Below are positions 36,171 to 45,211 of a stretch of DNA of 64,000 nt, in pieces (position 1 is the first letter of the stretch; the number at the start of each line of letters is the position of its first letter). Position numbers and translations under genes: made by a program. A model generated the notes under the pieces. That model saw only the letters and a program-made list of their open reading frames with translations, searched no databases and was not told the DNA's origin. Source of the stretch: Candidatus Dormiibacterota bacterium. GTDB taxonomy: Bacteria; Chloroflexota; Dormibacteria; Aeolococcales; Aeolococcaceae. The DNA is taken from assembly GCA_963697085.1 (NCBI GenBank), contig CAVOMR010000003.1, forward strand, positions 62,611-126,610, in the 5' to 3' direction.

Positions 36171-36845
36171 TCAGGACCAGTCGCTCTTCTCTCGGTGCTT
36201 GATGCTGCGACGCGCCATGAAGGCCGCGGCCTCCGCACGGCGGGAAAGACCGAGCTTCAGCAGGATGTTCGACACGTAGTTCTTCACCGTCTTCTCGGCA
36301 AGGAAGACCTTCTCCGCGATCTGACGGTTGGTCATGCCCTCGGCGACGAGGTCCAGGATCTTCCGCTCCTGTGCGGTCAGCTCTCCGATGCCGTCATTGG
36401 CCTCCGCTCCCTCACCGCGAAGGCGCGCCAGCACCCGAGCCGTCACTGTTGGATCCAGGAGCGAGTCCCCGCGGGCGACCTGCTGGATCGCCCCGACCAG
36501 ATCCCCGCCGCGCACCTGCTTCAGGACGAAGCCCGCCGCGCCGGCCATGATCGAGCTGAACAGCGCTTCGTCATCCGAGTGCGCCGTGAGCATGAGGACC
36601 TTGGTTTCGGGAAACGCGGAACGGATGTCGCGACAGGCCTCGATCCCCGAGCGACCCGGGAGGCGGACATCCATGATCACGACGTCGGGGGGATCCGCTG
36701 TCACCGCCTTGAGCGCCGCGTCAGCGTCGGCCGCCTCCGCGATGACCTGTATCCCACCCACACCGTCAAGGATGCTGACGAGGCCTCGGCGAACCAATTC
36801 GTGGTCGTCGCACAGCAGCACCCGGATCACCTGGTCATCGGACAC
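36171..36845 (-). CDS. NarL/LuxR-family response regulator, DevR/DosR-like
   Basis: REC (IRVLLCDDHELVRRGL...VVIMDVRLPG...KVLMLTAH) plus LuxR HTH (LTAQERKILDLVAEGMTNRQIAEKVFLAEKTVKNYVSNILLKLG). GTG start. Confidence 0.92.
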   Translation of the reverse strand: MSDDQVIRVLLCDDHELVRRGLVSILDGVGGIQVIAEAADADAALKAVTADPPDVVIMDVRLPGRSGIEACRDIRSAFPETKVLMLTAHSDDEALFSSIMAGAAGFVLKQVRGGDLVGAIQQVARGDSLLDPTVTARVLARLRGEGAEANDGIGELTAQERKILDLVAEGMTNRQIAEKVFLAEKTVKNYVSNILLKLGLSRRAEAAAFMARRSIKHREKSDWS

Positions 36846-36960
36846 GACTGCACTCTAGCAGCGGAACCGTCCCTTGGCCGGACCAACGGCGCCGAAGGTC
36901 GTGACCTTGTGCTCTGGACCAGGACCGGCGCCCGGCGACACCATTGGGCCCAGGAACCAG

Positions 36961-37452
36961 ATGAACACCATGCTCCTTCACGACTTTGCCTACGTAGCAG
37001 TCTCAGCGGAGAAGGTGCGAGACCGCATCCTCGCCAACCACGGCGAATGGCTGGCGCCCCTTGCCGCGGCCGCCGCAGGCGAGGGCGAGGCGCTTCGACT
37101 TCGGGTTGGTCCACTGGAGGCCCTGCCGATGCTCGGTAAGACCGTGAGCGTACGAGTTGGCGAGCCGATCGACCGCGGCGAGGTCACAGTCGTGCCACTC
37201 ACCTGGCAGGCAACCAACGCCCCAGGGCTGTTCCCCGTGCTCACCGCCGACCTCGAGGTGGCACGCCTTGGAGATGACCTCACACAGCTCACCCTGCAAG
37301 GACGGTACGACCCCCCTCTTGGCTCGATCGGCCAGCGAATCGACCGGTTGCTCATGCACCGCGTTGCGGAAGCCAGTGTTCGCAGCTTCCTCAGCCACCT
37401 GGCAGAGCGACTCGCGGCACTCGACGGGGCCGGCACGGGTTTGACAGGCTGA
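36961..37452 (+). CDS. hypothetical protein (163 aa) upstream of the DosS-like kinase
   Basis: ATG 36961 (MNTMLLHDFAYVAV...) with high GC3. No family recognised. Confidence 0.65.
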   Translation: MNTMLLHDFAYVAVSAEKVRDRILANHGEWLAPLAAAAAGEGEALRLRVGPLEALPMLGKTVSVRVGEPIDRGEVTVVPLTWQATNAPGLFPVLTADLEVARLGDDLTQLTLQGRYDPPLGSIGQRIDRLLMHRVAEASVRSFLSHLAERLAALDGAGTGLTG

Positions 37453-37523
37453 CCGCACGACGTGCCGGCGCCACCGCCTGACTGACCCGTGCTCCGCGTG
37501 AGCCCCGGGACCCTGACCCGTTT

Positions 37524-39146
37524 ATGATCGGCTCAGTGGAAGTGAGCGGAAGCCGCGCCGAGCGCCTGCTCGAGACCGGCCTTGCTCTCGCCGCCGAGCT
37601 GTCCCTTCCGGCCCTGCTTCAGCGAATCATCGATCTCGCGGTCGAGGTCACCGGAGCTCGGTACGGCGCACTCGGCGTTCTTTCGAGCGACGGCACGGGG
37701 CTCTCAGACTTCATCACGACCGGGATGAGTCCCGCGGAGCGCACGGCGATCGGCGCGCTCCCCCGCGGGGAGGGACTCCTCGGTGTGCTGATTCGCGAGC
37801 CCGAGCTCCTCAGACTCAGATCCATCGCGTCACACCCGCGATCGTTCGGCTTTCCGCCGAATCACCCGCCGATGCAATCGTTCCTCGGCGCTCCCGTCCG
37901 CGCGCACGGCCGCGTCTTCGGCAACATCTACCTCACCGACAAGCGCGGCGCCGCGGAATTCACCGAGGACGACGCGTCAGCGGTTCTCGTGCTCGCGACA
38001 CAGGCCGGCGTGGCGATTGCGAATGCGCAGCTGTACTCGGAACTCCGCCTGCGCGAGCGCTGGCTGGACTCGGTGCGCGAGATCGCGACGACACTCCTCG
38101 CGGGGGATACCCCGAAAGCCACGCTCCAACTGGTGGCGCGACACGCGCGCGAGCTCGCCGACGCCGACATGGCGACGATCAGTGTCCCCGAGGCCGGGGG
38201 GCTTCGGATCATCGTCGCCGACGGCGCGGGTGAAGCGGAGCTGCTGAACGTGGAGGTGCCCCTGGCCGGATCGCTCTCGTCCGAGGTGATTCGGACCGAG
38301 CGGACCATGGTGGTTGACGACGCGAGCACGTCGACGCTCACCCAGCCGATGGTGAGCAACGCGGGTGTGGGGCCGATGATCCTGGTTCCGCTCGCGCAGC
38401 GTACGAGCTCCGCGGGCGTGCTGGCCATCGGCCGGCGGGCCGGACGTCCCATCTTCACCGGAGCGGACATCCCGATCCTCGAGAGCTTCTCGGAGCAGGC
38501 AAGTCTCGCCCTCGAATACGCCCGCGCGCTCTCCGAGGTCTCAAGGCTGGGCATGGTCGAGGATCGGGAACGTATCGCGAGGGACCTGCACGACGGCGTG
38601 ATCCAGTCACTGTTCGCGGTGGGGCTCGGGCTCCAGGGAACCGCCGCGCTCGTCGGCGACACGCGAATCGCCGACCGGATCCAGCAGTACGTCACGGAGC
38701 TCGACCGGGTCATCGGCGACGTCCGCAGCTACATCTTCGGGCTGCGACCGAGCGTCCTCATGCCGGGCAACCTGACGAACACGATCGAGCAGCTCGCCCA
38801 CGAGATGCAGGAACGCACCGGCGTGACCGTGGTGGCCGACGTGGACCTCACGCTCGAGACTCAGCTCGCCGGCATGTCGGCGCAGATCGCGCACATCGTC
38901 CGTGAGGCTCTTTCCAACGTCGGCCGGCACGCGGAGGCCACCACATGCCGGGTCTCGATCCGCAGGGACGGTGACAACGCCGTCGTCGAGATCGACGACG
39001 ACGGGCAGGGCTTCGACGTCGAGCAGGCTCACCGCGGGATGGGGATGGGGAACCTCGCCGAACGTGCCGCGGCCATTCACGGAACCCTGGAGGTGGCATC
39101 CGAGCCGGGACAGGGAACGGTGATCCGGCTCAGCATTCCCCTGTAA
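37524..39146 (+). CDS. tandem-GAF sensor histidine kinase, DevS/DosS/DosT-like (HisKA_3)
   Basis: The GAF region shows the DosS-like block SHPRSFGFPPNHPPMQSFLGAPVRAHGRVFGNIYLTDK. H-box RERIARDLHDGVIQSLF, N-box REALSNVGRHA, G-box DDGQGF. Confidence 0.9.
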   Translation: MIGSVEVSGSRAERLLETGLALAAELSLPALLQRIIDLAVEVTGARYGALGVLSSDGTGLSDFITTGMSPAERTAIGALPRGEGLLGVLIREPELLRLRSIASHPRSFGFPPNHPPMQSFLGAPVRAHGRVFGNIYLTDKRGAAEFTEDDASAVLVLATQAGVAIANAQLYSELRLRERWLDSVREIATTLLAGDTPKATLQLVARHARELADADMATISVPEAGGLRIIVADGAGEAELLNVEVPLAGSLSSEVIRTERTMVVDDASTSTLTQPMVSNAGVGPMILVPLAQRTSSAGVLAIGRRAGRPIFTGADIPILESFSEQASLALEYARALSEVSRLGMVEDRERIARDLHDGVIQSLFAVGLGLQGTAALVGDTRIADRIQQYVTELDRVIGDVRSYIFGLRPSVLMPGNLTNTIEQLAHEMQERTGVTVVADVDLTLETQLAGMSAQIAHIVREALSNVGRHAEATTCRVSIRRDGDNAVVEIDDDGQGFDVEQAHRGMGMGNLAERAAAIHGTLEVASEPGQGTVIRLSIPL

Positions 39147-39167
39147 GAGGTACCCCGGGAGGCCGGC

Positions 39168-41465
39168 TCAGGCCGAGGCGACGAGTGCGACCTTCGTGTC
39201 TCGTTGCGCGCCGAGTTGCGCGAACGGATCGATGCGCTGGCGGAAGACCTCGACGTCGAGCGGCCGGTCGTAGTGGTAGCCCTGGATCGTGTCCGCCCCC
39301 AGAGCTCGCACCAGGGTCGCCTCCTCCGCAGTCTCGACGCCCTCGACCGTCGTCGACAGGCGGAGCGTCCTGGCGAGGTCGATCACGGTCTTGAGCACGA
39401 GACGCCCGGACGATGACTTGGCATTGACCACGAACGAACGGTCGATCTTGAGGATGTCTGCGTCGAGCCTGGTGAGCAGCGCGAGCGAGGAGTATCCGGT
39501 GCCGAAGTCATCGATGGCGATGCGGACACCGCGCTCTCGCAGCGCTCGAACGACCGAGGATATCGACGCCGAGTCCTGAACGTAGGCGCTCTCGGTGAGC
39601 TCGAGGATGAGGTCGTGGGGACTCATCCGCGTTTCCTCGAGGGCCAGGAAGACCTCTTCGACGAACCCGGCACTCCGGAGCTGCTGCACGGTCACGTTGA
39701 CGCTGATCGCGGAGACCGCTCCATCCTTTCGCCAGATGGCGGCGTCGTGGAGCGCCTGCCAAAGAATCCAGCTTCCGAGCTCGACGATGAAGCCGCTTGC
39801 CTCGGCCACCGGTATGAAGTCCAGCGGTGAGATCCGCCCGCGAGTGGGATGGTCCCAGCGCACGAGCGCCTCGGCTCCAGAGATCTTCCCGGTCGCGCTG
39901 CGCACGGTCGGCTGATAGAGCAGCGTGAACTCTCCCCGCTCGAGACTCTCCCGCATGTCAGCCTCGAGCCACATCCGGGACATGGCGCCGCCGTGGACCG
40001 CTTCGTCGTAGACCTCCGTGCCTCCCCGGCCGCGCTCTTTTGCGGAGTAGAGCGCGACATCAGCCGCCCTCAGCGCGGTGTCGGCGTCGTCTCCCGGAAC
40101 GGCGATCGCACCGCCGATGGTTCCCGACAGCGTGATGCTGTCTGCTCCAAAGGCCACCGGCTCGAGGAAGCACTCCTGAACCCGGCGTGCGAGACCGGTG
40201 ATCGCGTCCAACGTCGTCGCACCCGAGTAGAGGACGGCGAACTCATCGCCACCGACGCGAGCCACGCTGTCCGTCGGCCGCACAACTCCGGTGAGCCGGC
40301 GCGCCAGGACAGTGAGCACCCGGTCACCGGCCGCGTGGCCGAATCGATCGTTCACCCCTTTGAAGTTGTCGATGTCGATGTACAGCAACCCCGCCCCGGG
40401 CCGATCCGGCGACAGCACCTGGTCGAGCCGTGTGCGAAACGTGTCACGGTTCGCGAGCCCCGTCAGCGAGTCGCTGCTGGCGCGCACGCCGAGCGTCGCG
40501 ATGAGACTGCGGTTCGCAGTCGCCACCACAAGCTGCCGGAGGGTGGCAAGCACCATGATCACGAGGACGCCCACCAGGGTCACGGGATCAATCGTCCGGT
40601 CGCCGTCGAAGTCGGCGAGCGCAATGCCAGCGGCGAACAGCGTCGAGACGAATGGCACCCAGATGGCGAGCCGGCGCGGCCCAACCACGTCTTTCGTGGA
40701 CGTTGAGGGCTGCGCTGTGGCCGCGTCGAGAGCGGCTCCTCCGGCAAGGACCAGAAACCCCGCCGTCCAGAACAGATCGGTCAGGGTTCCCGACACGTAG
40801 GTGCCGTTCGCCGAGCCATATGCCAGGAAGAGGTCCGCGATCGTGATGGAGATGAAGCCCAGGCCGACCGCGATGAGTGAGGGGCGGAGCCGCGACGTGG
40901 AGCTCGAGATTGCGCTCCAGATGAGTGTCACGACGAGGAGATCCCCGACCGGGATCCCGAGGCTCATCAGCTCGGATCCGATCCCGAACCGGCTGAGGTC
41001 GAAGACACTCTCGAGCACCGGAATCCAGCAGATCAGCATCAGGGCTGAGGCAACGGTCACTGCGTCGAGCGCTCGCACCACCACCGGCAACCGCGATCCC
41101 CTGCGCAGGCTGAACAGCAGGCTCCCGGCGATCGCGAACGGCACCGACGCCACAAACCCGATCGCGGCGATTGACGAGAAGGGTTTCTGCGTCTGACCGG
41201 AGACGTCGAAGAGCAGCCAGATCAGGGCACTTCCCGCCCAGACAGCGCAGTAGGTCGCCAGGAGCGCCCACGCGGCTCTTCGGACTCTCGATGCGCGCAG
41301 GGCGGCCACGAGACAGCAGGCCGTCGCAACCCAACTTGCGATCAGTTGGCCCGCGTCGTCGACCAGTTTCGCGGAGGGGGCACCGCCCGCCCGGGTGGAC
41401 AGCACGAACGCCAGGGTCGCGAGGAACACGACGACCGCTCCGCCCGCGACTGCGCGCAACCGCAT
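39168..41465 (-). CDS. membrane-anchored GGDEF-EAL protein (diguanylate cyclase/phosphodiesterase)
   Basis: RVGGDEFAVL, GAEALVRW and DDFGTGYSSL motifs, with a polytopic N-terminus of about 310 residues. I prefer ATG 41465 (GGAG 7 nt upstream) to the track start at 41495, whose first 10 codons are AT-rich. Confidence 0.92.
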   Translation of the reverse strand: MRLRAVAGGAVVVFLATLAFVLSTRAGGAPSAKLVDDAGQLIASWVATACCLVAALRASRVRRAAWALLATYCAVWAGSALIWLLFDVSGQTQKPFSSIAAIGFVASVPFAIAGSLLFSLRRGSRLPVVVRALDAVTVASALMLICWIPVLESVFDLSRFGIGSELMSLGIPVGDLLVVTLIWSAISSSTSRLRPSLIAVGLGFISITIADLFLAYGSANGTYVSGTLTDLFWTAGFLVLAGGAALDAATAQPSTSTKDVVGPRRLAIWVPFVSTLFAAGIALADFDGDRTIDPVTLVGVLVIMVLATLRQLVVATANRSLIATLGVRASSDSLTGLANRDTFRTRLDQVLSPDRPGAGLLYIDIDNFKGVNDRFGHAAGDRVLTVLARRLTGVVRPTDSVARVGGDEFAVLYSGATTLDAITGLARRVQECFLEPVAFGADSITLSGTIGGAIAVPGDDADTALRAADVALYSAKERGRGGTEVYDEAVHGGAMSRMWLEADMRESLERGEFTLLYQPTVRSATGKISGAEALVRWDHPTRGRISPLDFIPVAEASGFIVELGSWILWQALHDAAIWRKDGAVSAISVNVTVQQLRSAGFVEEVFLALEETRMSPHDLILELTESAYVQDSASISSVVRALRERGVRIAIDDFGTGYSSLALLTRLDADILKIDRSFVVNAKSSSGRLVLKTVIDLARTLRLSTTVEGVETAEEATLVRALGADTIQGYHYDRPLDVEVFRQRIDPFAQLGAQRDTKVALVASA

Positions 41466-41609
41466 CGAATGCTCCGAAAGATAAATTCGCACCACTCGAA
41501 GCTATCGTAGTCGCTGGCCGCGCTCCAGAGCACCAAGGCCCAAATCGTTCGGGACTTTCACATCGCATCTCGATATGCCGAAGGACCCACCCGCTGGGTG
41601 TAGGGTGCA

Positions 41610-44339
41610 GTGGATGCGTCGGCACCGCGGCCAATGACGGACACGCTCGCTCCTGACTATCCGGCAGCCTGGGCGTTCGACGCCGTTCTCTCGGATGGAG
41701 GCACGGTGCACATCCGTCCCATCCGGCCGGACGATGCCGCCGCGCATCGCGCGTTCTTCAGCCACCTCTCCCCTGAGAGCGTGTACTTCCGCTTCTTCGG
41801 GCCGAAGTCCGAGCTGAGCGACGCTGAGGTCACGCGCTTCACGACGGTCGACTACCACGACCGCATGGCATTCGTCGCGTTCCTTGGCGAGGACATCGTC
41901 GCGGTTGGTCGTTACGATCGGCTTCCGAGCGGCCAGGAGGCAGAGGTGGCCTTCGCCGTCGCGGACGAGCACCAGGGGCGTGGACTGGCGACGCTGATGC
42001 TCGAGTACCTCGCCTCGTACGCAGGCGACAACGGGATCACGCGCTTCTCCGCGGACACGCTGCTGGACAACCGCCGGATGCTCGAGGTCTTCAGAGCTGC
42101 GGGGTTTCGGAGTGAGAGCCACTCGATCGAGTACGGCGTCGTGCATCTCGCCTTCGACATCGAGCCCACCGGGGCGTCGCTCGCCGCGGTCGAGCGCCGC
42201 GCCTGGGCCGCGGGTGTTCACAGCGTCGCGCGCATCCTCAAGCCGAGTTCGGTCGCCGTGATCGGTGCCGGGCGGGATCCGAACGGCATCGGCCACGCCG
42301 TGCTGCGGAATCTGATCGGGGGTGGGTTCAGCGGTCCGATCTACCCCGTCAACCCCAACGTGGACACTCTCCTCGGCCTTGAGTGTTTCGCCACCATCGA
42401 TGCAGTTGAGGGGCACGTCGACCTCGCGGTGCTTGCGGTTCCCGCATCGCAGTGCCTCGACGCGGTCGATGCATGCGCACGGAAGGGCGTTCACGGGCTT
42501 GTTGTCATCACGTCAGGGTTCGCCGAGATCGGTGAGTTGGGCGCCGAGCTGCAAAGGGAGTTGCTGCATCGCGCGCATCTCGGAGGCATGCGCGTCGTCG
42601 GGCCGAACTGCTTCGGGGTGATCAACACGGCTCCCGGGGTGTCCCTCAATGCCACGTTCGCGTCGCAGGTTCCGGTGCCCGGGGACATCGCATTCGCCTC
42701 GCAGTCGGGCGCGCTCGGGATCGCCATCCTCGAGCAGGCAACGTCGTCCGGGCTCGGTGTGTCGAGCTTCGTCAGCATGGGCAACAAAGCCGACGTGAGC
42801 AGCAACGATCTGCTGCGCTACTGGCAGCAGGACGGCGATACCAAGGCGATCCTCCTCTATCTCGAGTCCTTCGGCAATCCGCGCGCTTTCGCCCGCGTCG
42901 CGCCCATCGTCTCTGCGACGACTCCGATCGTCGCGGTCAAGTCCGGCCGCAGTGCAGCCGGAAGCCGGGCAGCGGCATCGCACACCGCGGCCCTCGCGAG
43001 TCCAGACGCGGTGGTCGACGCCCTCTTCAAGCAGGCCGGGGTGATCCGGGTCGACACGCTCGAGGAGCTCATCGACTGCGGGGCGCTCCTGGCCCATCAG
43101 CCGGCGATGGACGGCCATGACGTCGCGATCATCGGCAACGCCGGCGGCGCGGCGGTCCTCGCCGCCGATGCCTGCGAGCCGGTCGGGCTTCGGGTCCCTG
43201 AATTCGACAGTGAGACGCGCGAGGCAATTCGGACGATCGCCGGGCCGAACGCCGGCGTCAGCAACCCGGTTGATCTCGGAGCAGGGGCAACGCCTGAGCT
43301 GTTCGAGGAGGCGCTCCGTGCCGCTCTCCGCTCACCGGCCATCGCGGGCGCGGTCGTCATCCTCGCGCCGATCGCCACCGCAACCGTGGCGAACGTGGCG
43401 GCGGCGATCACCAGAGTCCCCACGGGAGGGCGTCCGGTCGTGCTCGTCCACCTCGGAGACAGCTCGCCCAGGGCGACCCGTGGCAGATCCGCGACCGTGA
43501 TCCCCACCTTCGCCTTCCCCGAGCGCGCCGTACGCGCGCTCGGCCGCGTCGCCGGCCACTCCGACTGGAAGCGCCGGCCGGTCGGCGTGATCCCGGATTT
43601 CCCGGACATCGACCTCGCCGCCGGTCGTGCGATCGTGGAGGCGCATCTCGCGGAGCACCCCGGTGGCGGGTGGTTTCCGCCCGAGCGCTGTGTCGGGCTG
43701 CTGACGGCCTTCGGCATTCCATGCGTCGAGGAGCGGATGGTCGTGTCCGGGGATGGCGCCGCCGCTGCGGCGAGCGCCCTCGGATTCCCGGTGGTCCTCA
43801 AGGCGACAGGGGATCGGATCCTCCACAAGTCAGACGTCGGCGGTGTCGTCGTCGACCTGGGCACGCCCGAGGAGGTTGCATCGGCGTTTGCCGCGATGGC
43901 CGCACGCCTCGCTGATGCGATGCAGGGAGGGCTCGTGCAGCCGATGCTCCACGGTGTCGAGCTGATTGCCGGGGTGATGTCGGATCCCCTGTTCGGACCC
44001 GTGGTCATGTTCGGCAGCGGCGGCACCGCTGTTGAGCTCTTCGCGGACCGCGTGTTGCGCATCCTCCCGCTCACCGACCAGGACGCCCGCGAGATGGTTC
44101 GATCGATTCGAGGAGCCCCACTGCTCTTCGGACACCGCGGCGCGACCCCCTCCGACGTCGCGGCCGTGGAGGACGTGGTGCTCCGGATCGCCCGCCTCGC
44201 GGATGAGATGCCACAGCTGGCCGAAATGGATCTGAACCCGCTCATCGCGACCCCCCACGGAGCCATCGTGGTCGACGCGCGCATGCGCATCGTGCCCTGG
44301 CATTCCCATGGTGAGACAGAGGTGCGTCGCCTCCGCTGA
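41610..44339 (+). CDS. GNAT acetyltransferase fused to an NDP-forming acyl-CoA synthetase-like region (Pat-type protein acetyltransferase architecture)
   Basis: N-terminal GNAT (HQGRGLATLMLEYL), then a CoA-binding/succinyl-CoA-synthetase-like fold (SVAVIGAGRDPNGIGHAVLRNL...VVITSGFAE) and a C-terminal ATP-grasp-like part. ATG 41634 is an alternative start. Confidence 0.9.
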   Translation: MDASAPRPMTDTLAPDYPAAWAFDAVLSDGGTVHIRPIRPDDAAAHRAFFSHLSPESVYFRFFGPKSELSDAEVTRFTTVDYHDRMAFVAFLGEDIVAVGRYDRLPSGQEAEVAFAVADEHQGRGLATLMLEYLASYAGDNGITRFSADTLLDNRRMLEVFRAAGFRSESHSIEYGVVHLAFDIEPTGASLAAVERRAWAAGVHSVARILKPSSVAVIGAGRDPNGIGHAVLRNLIGGGFSGPIYPVNPNVDTLLGLECFATIDAVEGHVDLAVLAVPASQCLDAVDACARKGVHGLVVITSGFAEIGELGAELQRELLHRAHLGGMRVVGPNCFGVINTAPGVSLNATFASQVPVPGDIAFASQSGALGIAILEQATSSGLGVSSFVSMGNKADVSSNDLLRYWQQDGDTKAILLYLESFGNPRAFARVAPIVSATTPIVAVKSGRSAAGSRAAASHTAALASPDAVVDALFKQAGVIRVDTLEELIDCGALLAHQPAMDGHDVAIIGNAGGAAVLAADACEPVGLRVPEFDSETREAIRTIAGPNAGVSNPVDLGAGATPELFEEALRAALRSPAIAGAVVILAPIATATVANVAAAITRVPTGGRPVVLVHLGDSSPRATRGRSATVIPTFAFPERAVRALGRVAGHSDWKRRPVGVIPDFPDIDLAAGRAIVEAHLAEHPGGGWFPPERCVGLLTAFGIPCVEERMVVSGDGAAAAASALGFPVVLKATGDRILHKSDVGGVVVDLGTPEEVASAFAAMAARLADAMQGGLVQPMLHGVELIAGVMSDPLFGPVVMFGSGGTAVELFADRVLRILPLTDQDAREMVRSIRGAPLLFGHRGATPSDVAAVEDVVLRIARLADEMPQLAEMDLNPLIATPHGAIVVDARMRIVPWHSHGETEVRRLR

Positions 44340-44506
44340 GTTCGGCGTGTGCCAAAGGTCCCGGTGCAAAAGGGGCAAGCGCCACGTGGAGAACGCTCGA
44401 AAGCATGCCCAAGGTGATGGCATGTGCCTCTGTTGGCGAGGTGTGGGGTGGGATCACGATGGGTGCACGGTCAGATGGCCGCAGAGAAACACCAAGGAGC
44501 AACACC

Positions 44507-45100
44507 ATGACCACCGGAATGCGCTGGCGAATCTTCGTCCTTCAGGTCGGCCTCATCGGCATCCTCGCCTTCGTCGCAGGATTCGCCTTCTGGGGCAGCA
44601 GCTTCGCGACCAACCAGGTCCAGACCCAACTCACCGCTCAGAAGATCTCCTTCCCCGCGGCCAACTCCGCTGCCATCAAGGCGCTCCCCGCTGCTGATGC
44701 CGCAGCCATGAACGTCTACGCCGGTCAGCAGCTGACCACCGGTGCGCAGGCCGAGACCTACGCGGACCACTTCATCAAGGTCCACCTCAACGAGATCGGC
44801 AAGGGCCAGACCTACTCCCAGGTGAGCGCCCTCTCGCAGGCGGATCCCACCAACACCACGCTTGCCAACGAAGTGCAGACCCTCTTCCGGGGTGAGACTC
44901 TCCGTGGCCTCCTGCTCAACTCCTACGGCTGGTGGCAGATCGGGCAGTACGCCTTCTACGCGGCGATCGGCCTGGCCATCGCGGCCCTGGCAGTGCTCGG
45001 CGCCTTCATCTTCGAGATCGTCAGCTGGCGGCGCGCTGTCAGCAAGGAGCGGACGACTCATCTGACCGTTCCGTCCCTCCGCGGCGCCCACGTCGCCTAA
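44507..45100 (+). CDS. hypothetical two-TM protein with ~130-residue extracytoplasmic domain (paralogue 1)
   Basis: ATG 44507 after AAGGAG. MTTGMRWRIFVLQVGLIGILAFVAGFAFW...WWQIGQYAFYAAIGLAIAALAVLGAFIF. Confidence 0.75.
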   Translation: MTTGMRWRIFVLQVGLIGILAFVAGFAFWGSSFATNQVQTQLTAQKISFPAANSAAIKALPAADAAAMNVYAGQQLTTGAQAETYADHFIKVHLNEIGKGQTYSQVSALSQADPTNTTLANEVQTLFRGETLRGLLLNSYGWWQIGQYAFYAAIGLAIAALAVLGAFIFEIVSWRRAVSKERTTHLTVPSLRGAHVA

Positions 45101-45129
45101 CCCGACATCTCGGGCAGCGTGCCCGCTCG

Positions 45130-45170
45130 GTGACCCATCGGCCGCAAGGCCGGTGGGTCACTTCTTTGTG
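45130..45170 (+). terminator. intrinsic terminator
   Basis: GUGACCCAUCGGCC-GCAA-GGCCGGUGGGUCAC: a 14-bp stem (one G-U pair) with a GNRA loop, followed by UUCUUUGUG. Confidence 0.6.
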
Positions 45171-45211
45171 TCTGCCCCGTATTTGAGGACGCGAGTCATC
45201 GAGCGTTCACA

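Larger units (their letters stand above)
44418..45177 (+). repeat. direct repeat copy 1 (~760 bp: leader + 197-aa gene + terminator)
   Basis: Near-identical to 46193-46951 (period 1775 bp). The track ORFs 44405-45100/46192-46875 and the antisense pairs share identical peptides. Confidence 0.9.
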
